64,000 bases of DNA from Octopus sinensis (GCF_006345805.1 NC_042999.1:1674001-1738000); one strand, 5' to 3'; counted from the stretch's first letter, positions 25,479 through 37,515 are shown. Program-made: numbers and translations. Notes: generated by a model from the letters alone, not told the origin.

Positions 25479-25889
25479 GATACATATTATATATATATAT
25501 ATATTATATATATTATATATATAAATATAAATATATATATGTATATAGATGTATATATATGTATGTCTTTATTATTTTTTTTTCGGTTTTGTCCCATTTC
25601 CTCGCTCGGAATTTTTACAAAGATATATGTCAACAGCGACTATTCACATTGGTGTTTCAATGCAACGGAAATGTAGGAGATCAGATTGAGGTATCATGGG
25701 AAATAATTTGATTTTTTTTTCCTCCTCTCGCTTCATAGTTTTTTTTGTGTGTGTGTGTGTTTATGAGGTGGAGGTGTTTTTTTTTGGTATCTCTTTGTAG
25801 TTTCTTTGAAATAATTTTACATCATTTCTAATATATACATTTGTTTGTATGTGTGTGTGTGTCTATATGTATGTATATATGTATGTGTG

Positions 25890-25921
<32 letters not shown>

Positions 25922-26294
25922 CATATGTATATATAGTATATATAATATATATAAATAAATATATGCATATATATTATATACACATATATGTTATATATAT
26001 GCATATATTTGCTGTATATATATATATATATATATATATGCATGTATGTATGTATATGAATATATATGTATGCGTATATGTGTATGCATGCATGAATACA
26101 TGTATGTATGTATATATTTATCAACATATATATGTATATATATGTGTGTATATATATATATGTATATTTATTTGTATGTATGTATATACATATATATATA
26201 CATGTATGTAAATATATATGGGTGGGGTATATGTGTGTGCATTTCTGTGTCCATGTATGTTGTTGCATAAATGGTGTAAACATCAGTGTAATGA

Positions 26295-26335
<41 letters not shown>

Positions 26336-26819
26336 CACACCACTACATGCAAATAAACACAGTGTGGGTGCAGTATCTATGCATGCATCTTTATTCTTGC
26401 CACATTTTCCACACCTACAACAAGTTACACAGTTAGATATTTACTCAGAGATTGTTAAAACAAATATTTTATCACTGGGAGCCCTTCCTAACAGAATACA
26501 TGCAACAAAAACACACACACAGAAGAAACAAAAAAAAATCCCAAAAAAAGATAGAATTGGTGTATGGCTCAATACTATCTGTGAAGCATATTCTAAAGAC
26601 AAGATAAACTTAGAGCTATTTATTCATGCATAATGGAGTAAGATACGTTGTGTGGTACGGTGTGAGATTTAAACTAATATCCTGAGGCTAAAAATGAAAA
26701 TAGTAATAGTAGTAATAATAATAATAATAATAATAATACTACTAATAATAATAATAATGACGATGATGATAATAATATTAATAATAATAATGATGATGAT
26801 GATAATAATAATAATAGGG

Positions 26820-26853
<34 letters not shown>

Positions 26854-26920
26854 AATAATAATAATAATAATAATAATGACAATAATAATGATGATAATAA
26901 TAATAATAATAATAATAATG

Positions 26921-26955
<35 letters not shown>

Positions 26956-27215
26956 AATAATAATAATGATGATGATGATGATGATGATGGTCTTCTGTAG
27001 CCTCACCACCATCATCATGATCACCCCCACCACCATTATCATCATCATCATCATCACCACCACCACCACCACCACCACCACCACCATCATCATCACCACC
27101 ACCACCACCACTATCATCATCATCATCCATCCACCACACCACCACCACCACCACCACCATCATCATCACCACCACCACAACACTATCATCATCATCATCA
27201 TCAACACCACCACCA

Positions 27216-27256
<41 letters not shown>

Positions 27257-27263
27257 CCACCAA

Positions 27264-27295
<32 letters not shown>

Positions 27296-27370
27296 TCATC
27301 ACCACCACCACCACCACCACCACCACCACCACCACCACCATCACCATCACCATCATCCTCATCACTATTA
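24415..27370. repeat. Microsatellite-dominated region: (TA)n blocks 24415-24530, 25100-25560 and 25840-26220; trinucleotide block 26690-27370
   Basis: Seen directly. Confidence 0.85.
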
Positions 27371-27569
27371 TTTTTATTATTGCAGTAATCTTGTTTGTTC
27401 TGTGTGCTTTTGTTGCACAACCAATTGAAGTTTCTGTGTATTTTGCCTTTGTGCTTTATTTTTACCTTTTTATATATATATATATATATATATTTTACTT
27501 TGATTTTGTGAATTTTTTTGTTTGTTTGTTCCCATATTCAGTGCCCTACGTAAACAAAATGGCTTGGTG

Positions 27570-27740
27570 TTAGGTGCAGGCATGGCTGTAGTAGCCACGA
27601 AGCTTGCTTTGCAGCCATATAGTTGCAGGTTCAGTCCCGCTGCATGGTACCTTGGCCAAGTGTCTTCTATTATAACATCGGGACAACCAATGCCTTCTGA
27701 GCGAACTTGATTCATGGAAACAATAAAGAAGACCATCCCC
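27570..27740 (+). mobile_element. Diverged family A-like SINE head
   Basis: ggttcagtcccgctg..ccttggccaagtgtcttcta. Confidence 0.6.
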
Positions 27741-27860
27741 TTACACACACACATCCCCCATACTGCCCCACCTATATGTATAATATATATATAAATATAT
27801 ATACGAATTCTACGGTTGGCTGTCGGGTATGCTATATTGTGTTTTTTCCTTACATGTCTT

Positions 27861-27937
27861 GAGTTTGTTGCACTGAAGAGCATAGAATGCATATTCTGCA
27901 TTGATTGCGAAATCACAGGTGATATGTAACTAAATTC
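27861..27937 (+). ncRNA. Complete type I hammerhead ribozyme
   Basis: Stem I gttgca/tgtaac, extended by gagttt/aaattc; core CTGAAGA 27873-27879; stem II GCA/TGC; GAAA 27909-27912; stem III ATCAC/GTGAT; triplet ATA with predicted cut 27924/27925. Confidence 0.8.
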
Positions 27938-28200
27938 TGTTTTTAAATGACTTGCTTTGAAGTTTTGCATTCAGTACAATTTGTTTATTTTAGTAGTTTT
28001 GACTGCAAGAGTCCCTCCTAGTGTGCGGTACCTATGAATAATAGTACCCTCTATATAATATAAATATATATATATACATGTATATATATATATATTGATA
28101 GAAATGGTAAGACAACAAAAGAATGAAAGAGACCTCGATATTATGTAAATAGAGGAATTTATCTGTAAATGTAATATGTGACAATTATTTGGTAGCCATG

Positions 28201-28258
28201 ATAAAACTCCGAGTTTCAGATGTCAGGGTGGAAATCCATGCCGCCATCTCTTCAGTTT
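28201..28258 (-). ncRNA. Degenerate hammerhead-like motif
   Basis: CTGAAGA-GATG..CATC-t-GAAA-CTC-g-GAG-TT; extra base before GAAA and poor stem I. Confidence 0.35.
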
Positions 28259-28368
28259 CTTATTTTCTTATTTGCTGTATATATGTATACAAAAAAGCAA
28301 AAGACGAAGACAGGTGGTGTATAAAACAAACAGATGCATTAGTATAATGCGCAGGAATAGAAAAAAGT

Positions 28369-28404
28369 CTTTTACATTTCGAGCCTTTGCTCTTCTGCAG
28401 AAAG
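28369..28404 (-). ncRNA. Minimal hammerhead variant (A6C) within a Penelope-like repeat (28265-28468)
   Basis: cttt-CTGCAGA-A-GAGC(aaag)GCTC-GAAAT-GTA-aaag; same family at 40375-40560. Confidence 0.55.
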
Positions 28405-28479
28405 GAACACAGAAAGAAACAAGGAGAGAAACAAATGTGTGTTGTGGCTAGCAATCTATCATGGTGAATACATACATAC

Positions 28480-28513
<34 letters not shown>

Positions 28514-28514
<1 letters not shown>

Positions 28515-29077
28515 AATATTTAAGTAGTTCAATGAATTATCTTAGTATGGATAATTCGGTTAACCGATACCTGGGTAGCAAATTCACGTCAGAAAAACAC
28601 GGTTGAAGCTACATGCCAAGGGCAGAGATCACGTGCTTTCGTGTGGGAATTTGTGTGTTTTTTAATACAAATAAATGAAAGAATGGAGTTGAACGACGAT
28701 TTAACAAAATTCCTTTATTCTCGACATATGTTTTGAAGGCTGCATATTCCTAATTTCGAAGGAATAAGGGGTGCATTATGCTGCCTTCTCATCAGGAAAA
28801 ACAAGGAACTTATGTCAGCATCAAGATGAACAAAAACTCTTAGATGACTGCCCACATGGAGTCCATAGCGATAACCGCTATGGACTCCGAGTGGGCAGTC
28901 ATCTAAGAGTTTTTGTTCATCTTGATGCTGACATAAGTTCCTTGTTTTTCCTGATGAGAAGGCAGCATAATGCACCCCTTATTCCTTCGAAATTAGGAAT
29001 ATGCAGCCTTCGAAACATATGTCGAGAATAAAGGAATTTTGTTAAATCGTTGTTCAACTCCATTCTTTCATTTATTT
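28514..29077. mobile_element. Penelope-like fold-back unit, copy 1: 155-bp head plus 409-bp palindrome
   Basis: Arms 28669-28870 and 28876-29077 (202 bp, 4 mismatches by my count), loop ataac; HHR in each arm. Confidence 0.85.
28933..29040 (+). ncRNA. Type I hammerhead with intact core (right arm, copy 1)
   Basis: Stem I ttttc/gagaa plus ccttg../..aaagg; CTGATGA 28951-28957; stem II GAAGGC/GCCTTC; GAAA 29012-29015; C-ATAT-G (palindrome ACATATGT); GTC with predicted cut after 29023. Confidence 0.8.
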
Positions 29078-29102
29078 ATATATATATATATAATATATAT
29101 AT

Positions 29103-29665
29103 AAATATTTAAGTAGTTCAATGAATTATCTTAGTATGGATAATTCGGTTAACCGATACCTAGGTAGCAAATTCACGTCAGAAAAACACGGTTGAAGCTA
29201 CATGCCAAGGGCAGAGATCACGTGCTTTCGTGTGGGAATTTGTGTGTTTTTTAATACAAATAAATGAAAGAATGGAGTTGAACGACGATTTAACAAAATT
29301 CCTTTATTCTCGACATATGTTTTGAAGGCTGCATATTCCTAATTTCGAAGGAATAAGGGGTGCATTATGCTGCCTTCTCATCAGGAAAAACAAGGAACTT
29401 ATGTCAGCATCAAGATGAACAAAAACTCTTAGATGACTGCCCACACGGAGTCCATAGCGATAACCGCTATGGACTCCGAGTGGGCAGTCATCTAAGAGTT
29501 TTTGTTCATCTTGATGCTGACATAAGTTCCTTGTTTTTCCTGATGAGAAGGCAGCATAATGCACCCCTTATTCCTTCGAAATTAGGAATATGCAGCCTTC
29601 AAACATATGTCGAGAATAAAGGAATTTTGTTAAATCGTTGTTCAACTCCATTCTTTCATTTATTT
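29103..29665. mobile_element. Penelope-like fold-back unit, copy 2 (period 589 bp)
   Basis: 3 differences from copy 1 by my count; the right-arm HHR lacks G12 (gccttc-aaac). Confidence 0.85.
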
Positions 29666-30724
29666 ATATATATATAATATATATATATATATATTCAAAC
29701 ATATAAGGGATGGCCATAATAGGACATCTGTCTCACTAGAAAGAGCAGTTAAACTCTAAACCACTAATAGTTGTAATTCTGAAATGGAAAGAGAAATAAA
29801 AACGTTTACCCTATATATATATATACACCAAATAAGAAAATGGAGAGGATACAAAAATGACATAGATCAGCTTGTAGACATTCTAGTCTGTCTATTTATT
29901 CCAATGTATTTGAATGTATTAGAAGAAGTCATACACATGTATTTACCATGTATTTCATACACATGTAGTAATATTACAGAAAAGAGCAAAAGATCAAATT
30001 GTCAGTAGGTTTTAGTTGCTTACGACCATTTCTGCCAAGGGGCAACGAAATCCTCCATGCCATCTCCATCTCTTCAGTGTTCTGTAGGGATGGGCAGATA
30101 AAGTATGGATGATGAATGAGCATCTAGGCTTCTTCAGAGGGTCTAAGTGTTTGGGGCGGGGCTGGGGGACTAATACATATAAGAAACAGTTAACAATAGG
30201 TGCAGTGTGTTTATCTTTTGTAAAAAGAGCAAAAAAAGTATGAGAATGTGAGTGAAGTACATCTTAGTATTATGATTTGGGTACATCCAAATCATTATAC
30301 TAACATGTACTTCACTCACATTCTCATGTTTGTTCTTTTTCTTACTCCTATTCTTTTTCTGCCCTTTTTCTTGACCCAAAGTCAGACCAGAGAGTTTCGT
30401 AACACACCATCATAAGCACACACACTGAATCAATAACTTCAGAGTGGTCCCTGTATTGTTTACCAAGGTGTTATGGCTCATTTTCTAATATTCCTCGTTA
30501 CCATTGTAATGATAACGGGCTATTATCTTGCTACCTTGTCTTACTTACCTCTCAAAGATACTTATCTTGGTATATCAAAGAACAAACAATGCCTTTGGGA
30601 GGTCTCTGTATGTTATTTCTAAATATTATGGCTAAAATATGCAATGCGATACACTGTTTCGTAGCACCAGTATATTCTACAAAATGAGAAGAATGCAGTC
30701 TTTCTTTCATCTTTCAGATGAATA

Positions 30725-31130
30725 CATCATCATCATCATCATCATCATCGTTTAACGTCTGTTTTCTGCGCTAGCACGAGTTGGACGGTTCGACCGGGGT
30801 CTGGGAAGCCAGGGCTGCACCAGGCTCCAGTCTGATCTGGCAGTGTTTCTACAGCTGGATGCCCTTCCTAACGCCAACCACTCCGCGAGTGTAGTGGGTG
30901 CTTTTTACATGCCACCTGCACAGGTGCCAGGGGGGTCTGGCATCGGCCATGATCGGTTGGTGCTTTTTTAACATGCCACCGGCACGGAAGCCAGCCAAGG
31001 CAGCGCTGGCATCAGCCACGTTCGGATGGTGCTTTTTATGTGCCACTGGCACAGAAGCCAGTAGAGGCAGTGCTGGCAACGGCCACATTCGGATGGTGCT
31101 TTTTATGTGCCACCGACACAGGTATCACAA
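30725..31130 (-). mobile_element. Family C, four units
   Basis: Reverse complement of the family C tail and units. Confidence 0.8.
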
Positions 31131-32029
31131 CTACTATTTCCATTGATATTTGTTTTGCATAAATAAATAATTTTACATGAGTGGAATAATTAGAGGAGGT
31201 CTTCACAGTCATTTTAAGACCAAAACCAGCTTCCTAACTTCATTCGTTGCCGAGATATCACATTCTGAAAGTTGTGAAACTGTGTTTTTCTTAGTTTTTA
31301 AGTTGTGTTGCTTATGACAGTCTGTTCCATCTTCCTCCACACAATGAAGGAAACCCTGCACAGCTGAAACCCAATCTTCTTCTTGAGACAACTGCACTTT
31401 GTTCCATGCCATCATGGAAAACAGACGCTAAAGGATGATGATGATGACGATGATAATGACGGTGACGATGATGATGACGATGATAATGACGGTGACGATG
31501 ATGATGACGATGATGATGATGACAAAGACGATGATGATGATAATGATGACAGTGATGATGATGATGATGGTGGGGATGATGAAGATGATGATGATGATCA
31601 TGATCATGATGATGATGATGATGGTGGTGATGATGATAATGATGATGATAATGATGATGATGATGATGATGATGATGAGCAAGACTGTTACTACTTGGTG
31701 TGCATGTGCAGCAGTTGAAGGTCGACCTGTTCCAGATGGCTGCTTCACTCTGTGTACTCTAGCTCTGTTACTATAGCAACACACTCACTACACTTTATGA
31801 TCATATCCCGTACATAGATCAGAACTTGGTCCCCAGATCAAGATCAGATCTCGTACATAGATCAGAACTTGGTCCCCAGACCAATGAGATCCCTCTGGCA
31901 AATGCCCAGCACACTCATACTCCAAGACAACATTGTATTATTCCCTCCTGCCAATTCATTCCTTGTCCCAGCACACTTGACCAATGTGCCACACCAAGCC
32001 TTGTAAAATTATTTATTTATTGTGTTACT

Positions 32030-32225
32030 GATGCCAGCGCCACCTGACTGGCATCTGTGTCAGTGACAGGTAAAAAGCACCAACCGATCATGGACGTTTG
32101 CCAGCCTCCTCTGGGCCCCTATGCCGGTGGCATGTAAAAAGCACCCACTACACTCAGGGAGTGGTTCGCATTAGGAAGGGCACCCAGCTGTAGAAACACT
32201 GCCAGATCTGACTGGCTTGCCACTT
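32030..32225 (+). mobile_element. Family C fragment
   Basis: gccggtggcatgtaaaaagcacccactacac..ttaggaagggca. Confidence 0.7.
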
Positions 32226-32649
32226 CTTTTCTTCCTGGAGAAAGAGTGTAACAAGTATCAGGTATCGAAGCATTCGACTATTATATCCTTGCCATGCAAA
32301 AGTTGTAGCCTATTGTAAATGAAAGGAATCGATATTAGAAGTTATTTCACACAATCTGTAATAGAACGGTAAATATTTAAATGTCGTTGCCAAAAGTAAT
32401 AATAACTGGTCTGATTTGATGCTTTTACAATAAAAACCTTCATTCAAATGGTAAAACATTAAAAATGTATCTTTGAGTTTTCAATTAACTTCCAGCCACA
32501 TTTCATGAAAACAATCTATTGAACTGAATGTGATGATGGGGGGCGGGCGGGGGGGATAAAACGAAATGATAAATGTGAAAGGAGATAATATTTGTAGACA
32601 ATTACAAGAAAGAAAGAGACACAACACAAACAGTAAAGACATATGTAAT

Positions 32650-32693
<44 letters not shown>

Positions 32694-33075
32694 CACATGT
32701 ATATACACATTTATATACATACATATATATGTATATATATATATATATATATTATATATATGTACACGCACACATACATATATATATATATATATATACA
32801 CATGCACACACACACATTATATATATGTGTATGTGTATATATGTATATATACAGATATACCATTTCCAGTATGTTAATAGAAAAGTTATATATTTAAATA
32901 CTTTCTCCTAGTTTTGATCATTAGTCTCAGGTCATGCTGGGTGGGAGGGTGTACTTATTGAGTGCTTTAGTTAATAATATTTATCATCATCATCATCATC
33001 ATCACCGCCACCACCACCACCACCACCATCATCATCGTCATTTAACATTTGCTTTCCATGGTAGCATGGGTTGGT

Positions 33076-33245
33076 GTTCTATATTTAAGAGATGAGGAAT
33101 TATGTATATTATTTACATTTGACAGATATTTGTCCTAATCTTGTTTGTTGTTAACACAACATTTCGGCTGGTATACCCTCCAGCCTTCATCAGGTGTCTT
33201 TGGGATATTTCGAACCTAGGTTCTTATTCCTAAGGTATTTTTTGT

Positions 33246-33282
<37 letters not shown>

Positions 33283-33357
33283 CATTCAGGTCACTGTCTG
33301 GAATCGAACTTGGAATCTTGGGGTTAGTAGCCTGCGCTCTTAACCACTATGCCATAT
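33076..33357 (-). mobile_element. Composite element: tRNA-like head, (TAA)n, hammerhead tail
   Basis: Head TGGCATAGTGGTTAAGAGCGC..GTTCGATTCC (33357-33286), AAT run, tail with HHR. Confidence 0.8.
33153..33198 (-). ncRNA. Minimal type I hammerhead
   Basis: gacac-CTGATGA-A-GGCTGG(agggtata)CCAGCC-GAAAT-GTT-gtgtt; 6-bp stem II, 5-bp stem I, loop-less stem III with U.G wobble. Confidence 0.75.
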
Positions 33358-33503
33358 CATTCCTAGAGCACCTATAACAACAGGTATTGTTTTAGTCTTG
33401 AGGTTCCACATTTTGCTAATTTCCATTTCAAGGTCTTTATACTTGCTCAGTTTATGGTAGGTCTTGACAGATATATTTATGTCTATTGGGACAGCCATAT
33501 CGA
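33355..33503 (-). pseudogene. Dong/R4 endonuclease fragment, cut off by the composite element
   Basis: IDMAVPIDINISVKTYHKLSKYKDLEMEISKMWNLKTKTIPVVIGALGM. Confidence 0.85.
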
Positions 33504-33518
33504 TTATTATTATTATCA

Positions 33519-33576
<58 letters not shown>

Positions 33577-34272
33577 GTTTGACTTTTGCTTTATATTTGT
33601 ACAAATTGGCCCCAAGTCTCACCAAGGGACCTCAAGAGACAACAGGTTGAAGTTCACGTTGTTGTTATGCCTAGTGAGCCATATATTTGGTTGTTTTTTT
33701 TGTGTTGTACTAGTGGATGTTTAAAAGATTAAAAAATAATAATAATAAAAAAAAAAGAAATATTTTTTAAATGTTTGTTTTAAACCTTGAGATTACATAG
33801 AAAGTATTTTGCGTAGGATATGAACAGTCCCATGAGCACTATCTTTTGAATTTCTGCCATTTTGGGGTTTCCTGGTATCTGAGTTAGGTAGCAATCAGTC
33901 CCTTTTGCTATCATTCCCAGGGCACCTATGACAACAGGTATTGTTTTAGTCTTCAGGTTCCACATTTTGCTAATTTCTATTTCAAGATCTTTATATTTGC
34001 TCAGTTTTTGGTAGGTCTTGACAGATACGTTTATATCAATTGGGACAGTCATATCAATGAGGAGGCATGTTCTTTGTCTGAAGTCTTTCAATATGATGTC
34101 TGGTCTATTTGCATCTATCTTTCTGTCAGTTTGAATGGTGAAGTTCCAGAGGAGTGAGATGTGGTCATTTTCAAGCACTGGAGGTGGTTTGTGTTCCCAC
34201 CAGTTTTTTTCATGGGGCAAATCCAGGTTTTTGCAGATTACCCAGTGAATATATTGTGCAGCTCAATCATGC
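33577..34272 (-). pseudogene. Dong/R4-type LINE 3' part (restriction-like endonuclease plus 3'UTR), (AAT)n on both sides
   Basis: LLWNFTIQTDRKIDANRPDIILKD..LLIDMTVP..KLSKYKDLEIEI: PD..D..K RLE motif. Confidence 0.9.
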
Positions 34273-34286
34273 CTGTTGAGGTACTA

Positions 34287-34318
<32 letters not shown>

Positions 34319-34348
34319 GTAGTAGTAGTAGTAGTAGTAGTAGTATTA

Positions 34349-34393
<45 letters not shown>

Positions 34394-34416
34394 GTATTAG
34401 TATTATTATCATTATC

Positions 34417-34450
<34 letters not shown>

Positions 34451-35504
34451 TTATCGTTGTTATTCTTGTAATTATTATTATTCTTTTATTATTCATTTGC
34501 AGCATTCTGTAAAAACACATCTTCCCATGGAGAAGTTATTACATTGCTTAGAAGTAAGCGAGTGTTGGTGACAGGAAAGGCATCTGGTCATAGAAAACCT
34601 GACTCAATAAATGCTAAGTAATCCATGCAACAAGGAAATATGTACTTTAAAACGATGACAGCGACGACGATGGTGACAACGGTGATGATGATTTTCGTTT
34701 AAGATTAAATAGAATTCTAAACATCAAAAGTAATTAGTTAATTATACATTGGAAATTGATTAGTTTTCATCAGGGACAAGACTTGTACTAGAAGTGTTTG
34801 TTTGAATGCATCACTGCAGTACATTGCTAAGTGTTTTGTTTTATGAAGAGTTCATGAGTTCATACAGTGGAATGACTTTGATTAACCCCTGAGAGGTGAA
34901 AGGTAAAATAAAAAAAAAAAAAATGTGACCCTTGTGAGGTTTGAACTTAAAACGTTGTGGGTCAAGTTAAACTGTGTAGGCATTGCTGTGTGCTTAGGAA
35001 GCTTGCTTTGAATATACAAACAAAAATGGATGGTCACAGCAAGAAAAATCTTGCTTGTATTTCTCTCTCTCCTCAATCAGAACCCCTTGGGTACTTTACA
35101 GCGGTAATTATAACAACAACCACTGCAACAACAACAAAAACAACCACATCTCCACCACCAACCCTCTGTAAGTAGTCATGTAGCTCCTCTACATCAAGAA
35201 ACTTTTTCTGCTCTGGCCCTTTTCTCTCACTCTTTACCCGCCTCTCTACTCCTTATTCTCCTAGCATAAGGTTACCCCTTTCCATTCTGGGTTTATGGCC
35301 TTGCAAGCTGCTGGAAACCTCAACAGTGCTGGTGCAACATACAAAAGGTACCCAATACACATGATAAAGTGGTAAGCATTAGGAAGGACATCCAGGCATA
35401 CAAGCACACCAGCCAAAGAATACATTGGAGCATGATACAGTCCTGGCTGCTTCAGATCCTGTCAAACTTTCCAACCCAGACCAGAATAGAATGTTAATGC
35501 TAAA

Positions 35505-35738
35505 GAAGGCAGCAAGCTGGCAGAACCGTTAGCACACTGGGCAATATGCTTAGCAGTATTTTGTCTGCTGTTACGTTCTGAGTTCAAATTCTGCCGAGGT
35601 TGACTTTGTCTTTCATCTTTTCGGGGTCGATAAATTAAGTACCAGTTATGCACTGGGGTCGATGTAATCGACTTAATCCGTTTGTCTGTCCTTGTTTGTC
35701 CCTTCTATGTTTAGCCCCTTGTGGGCAATAAAGAAGTA
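35505..35738 (+). mobile_element. SINE family B (tail 1) with 17-bp TSD, inserted in a family C 3' end
   Basis: TSD agaatgttaatgctaaa at 35488-35504 and 35739-35755. Confidence 0.9.
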
Positions 35739-36408
35739 AGAATGTTAATGCTAAATGACGATGCTGGAGATGATGATGATGATGGTGGTGGTGGCAGTGG
35801 TGGTGGTATTGATTGTCGATGTGATGGTGTTGGTGGTAGGTGGTGGTGGCAGGGATGGTATTGATTGTGGATGTGATGGTGTTGGTGGTGGGTGGTGGTG
35901 GTGGTGGTGGTATTGATGATGATGGCATTGATTGTGGATGTGGTGGTATTGGTGGCCATAGTGGCAGTGGTGGTGGTATTGATGATGATGGTAAGGAGGA
36001 TCATAGTGACGATACAATCATGATGATGCTGATGATCATAGTGATGATGATCATGATGATGATGATGATGAATTAGTCGTGCAATATTTGACGTTTTTAA
36101 TTAGCCCTTTAATTAGGCCACTCTAATTTAACTGCATTAGAACTCTCTCACATCACTAAATCTTGTCTCCAAATAGATTTCACCCAATTTCTTGCCAACA
36201 GGTTTAGAACTCCTGTGTGCTTCTTTCACCAGTTTTCCTTATATCAATTCTAGTGAAGATAGCATTTACAACTAATTATCATGCAGTAGAATTGTTTGGG
36301 GGTTTTATCATGTTTGTTTTTCTTTTTTCGCAAATTCTTTATTGTAGGAGCAAAGATAACCAACCACCCTGTTATTGATGTTTCTTTACTTGCCAATTCC
36401 CTATTAAC

Positions 36409-36409
<1 letters not shown>

Positions 36410-36472
<63 letters not shown>

Positions 36473-36644
36473 GTCTATCTATCTATCTATCTATCTATCT
36501 ATCAATTAATCTATGTATGTGTGTATGGATGTATCCATCTATTTATCTATCTATCTATCTATGTCTGTCTGTCTGACTCTCTATCTGTTTTCTGTCTGTT
36601 TATCTATCTATCAATCTATCTATCTATCTATCAATTAATCTATG

Positions 36645-36678
<34 letters not shown>

Positions 36679-36725
36679 TGTATGTATGTATGTATGTATG
36701 TAGCTATCTATCTATCTATCTATCT
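36410..36725. repeat. (TCTA)n/(TATG)n microsatellite
   Basis: Seen directly. Confidence 0.95.
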
Positions 36726-37040
36726 ATCTATATCTCTGCCTTTTTCTGTCAACATCTCTGTCTCTGTCTGTCTGTCTCTCTCTTTCTCTCTTGACCAGAC
36801 TGAAACCATTAAAAGAATAAAAAAGAATAAATGACCAAAAGAATAATCCTGAACAGCTCGGATGTAGCCATTCCGTCCCATTGGGGACTTTATACTCTTT
36901 TACACAGAAATAGAAAAGATGGGCACCTCTTGCAGCAGACGTTACCCTATTGTTTTGGTAAACCATCATATGGTATTTCACTCCATCTCCTGATTCACAT
37001 TCATCTCCACATTCCTTGCAAGCAGAGCTGTCGTATAATC

Positions 37041-37319
37041 CAGTGGTTCCCCAAATGGGCAGTATTGCTCCCCTGAGGGTGGCAAAAAGTTCCAAGGGAG
37101 CATTGAAGAAAAGTGGGGCTATAAAAGGGTAGCGATTCATGAAAAAACAACAAAATAATGGATTTATTAGGTTAAGTTTTATTTGTGAAATACTGTGAAA
37201 TACTTTGAATTTGCTTCAGAAAGGGGTCTATGTTTGTGATGGCTAGTTGGGGTGGGGGTACTAGGAATGTGGCCTGGGTGTCAAGGGGTTGGCAGCCCGT
37301 AAAAGTTTGGGAACCACTG
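37041..37319. mobile_element. hAT-type MITE
   Basis: TIR cagtggttccc(c)aaa / tttgggaaccactg; no matching 8-bp TSD seen. Confidence 0.6.
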
Positions 37320-37515
37320 AAATAAAGCATAGTTAACAACTTCTCTGATCACATCTTCATACCTTGCGAGTATTCCATGGCACACCACCACCATCTCTCT
37401 CTCTCACTTCCTCTTCTTCTTGCTCTCCCTCTCTCTCTTCTTCTTGCTCTCCCTCTCAATCTAATCGACTGACCCTCTTCCCCAAAATTCCGGGCCTTGT
37501 GCCCAGAGTACAAAA

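Noticed and set aside
28715-29677. Four near-identical 86-105 aa ORFs (MHYAAFSSGK...)
   Set aside because: Produced by the palindrome and its duplication; GTG start, no motif; the sequence is better explained as ribozyme structure.
31809-31880. 29-bp direct repeat at 43-bp period
   Set aside because: Two copies only; an ordinary slippage duplication, not a CRISPR-like array.
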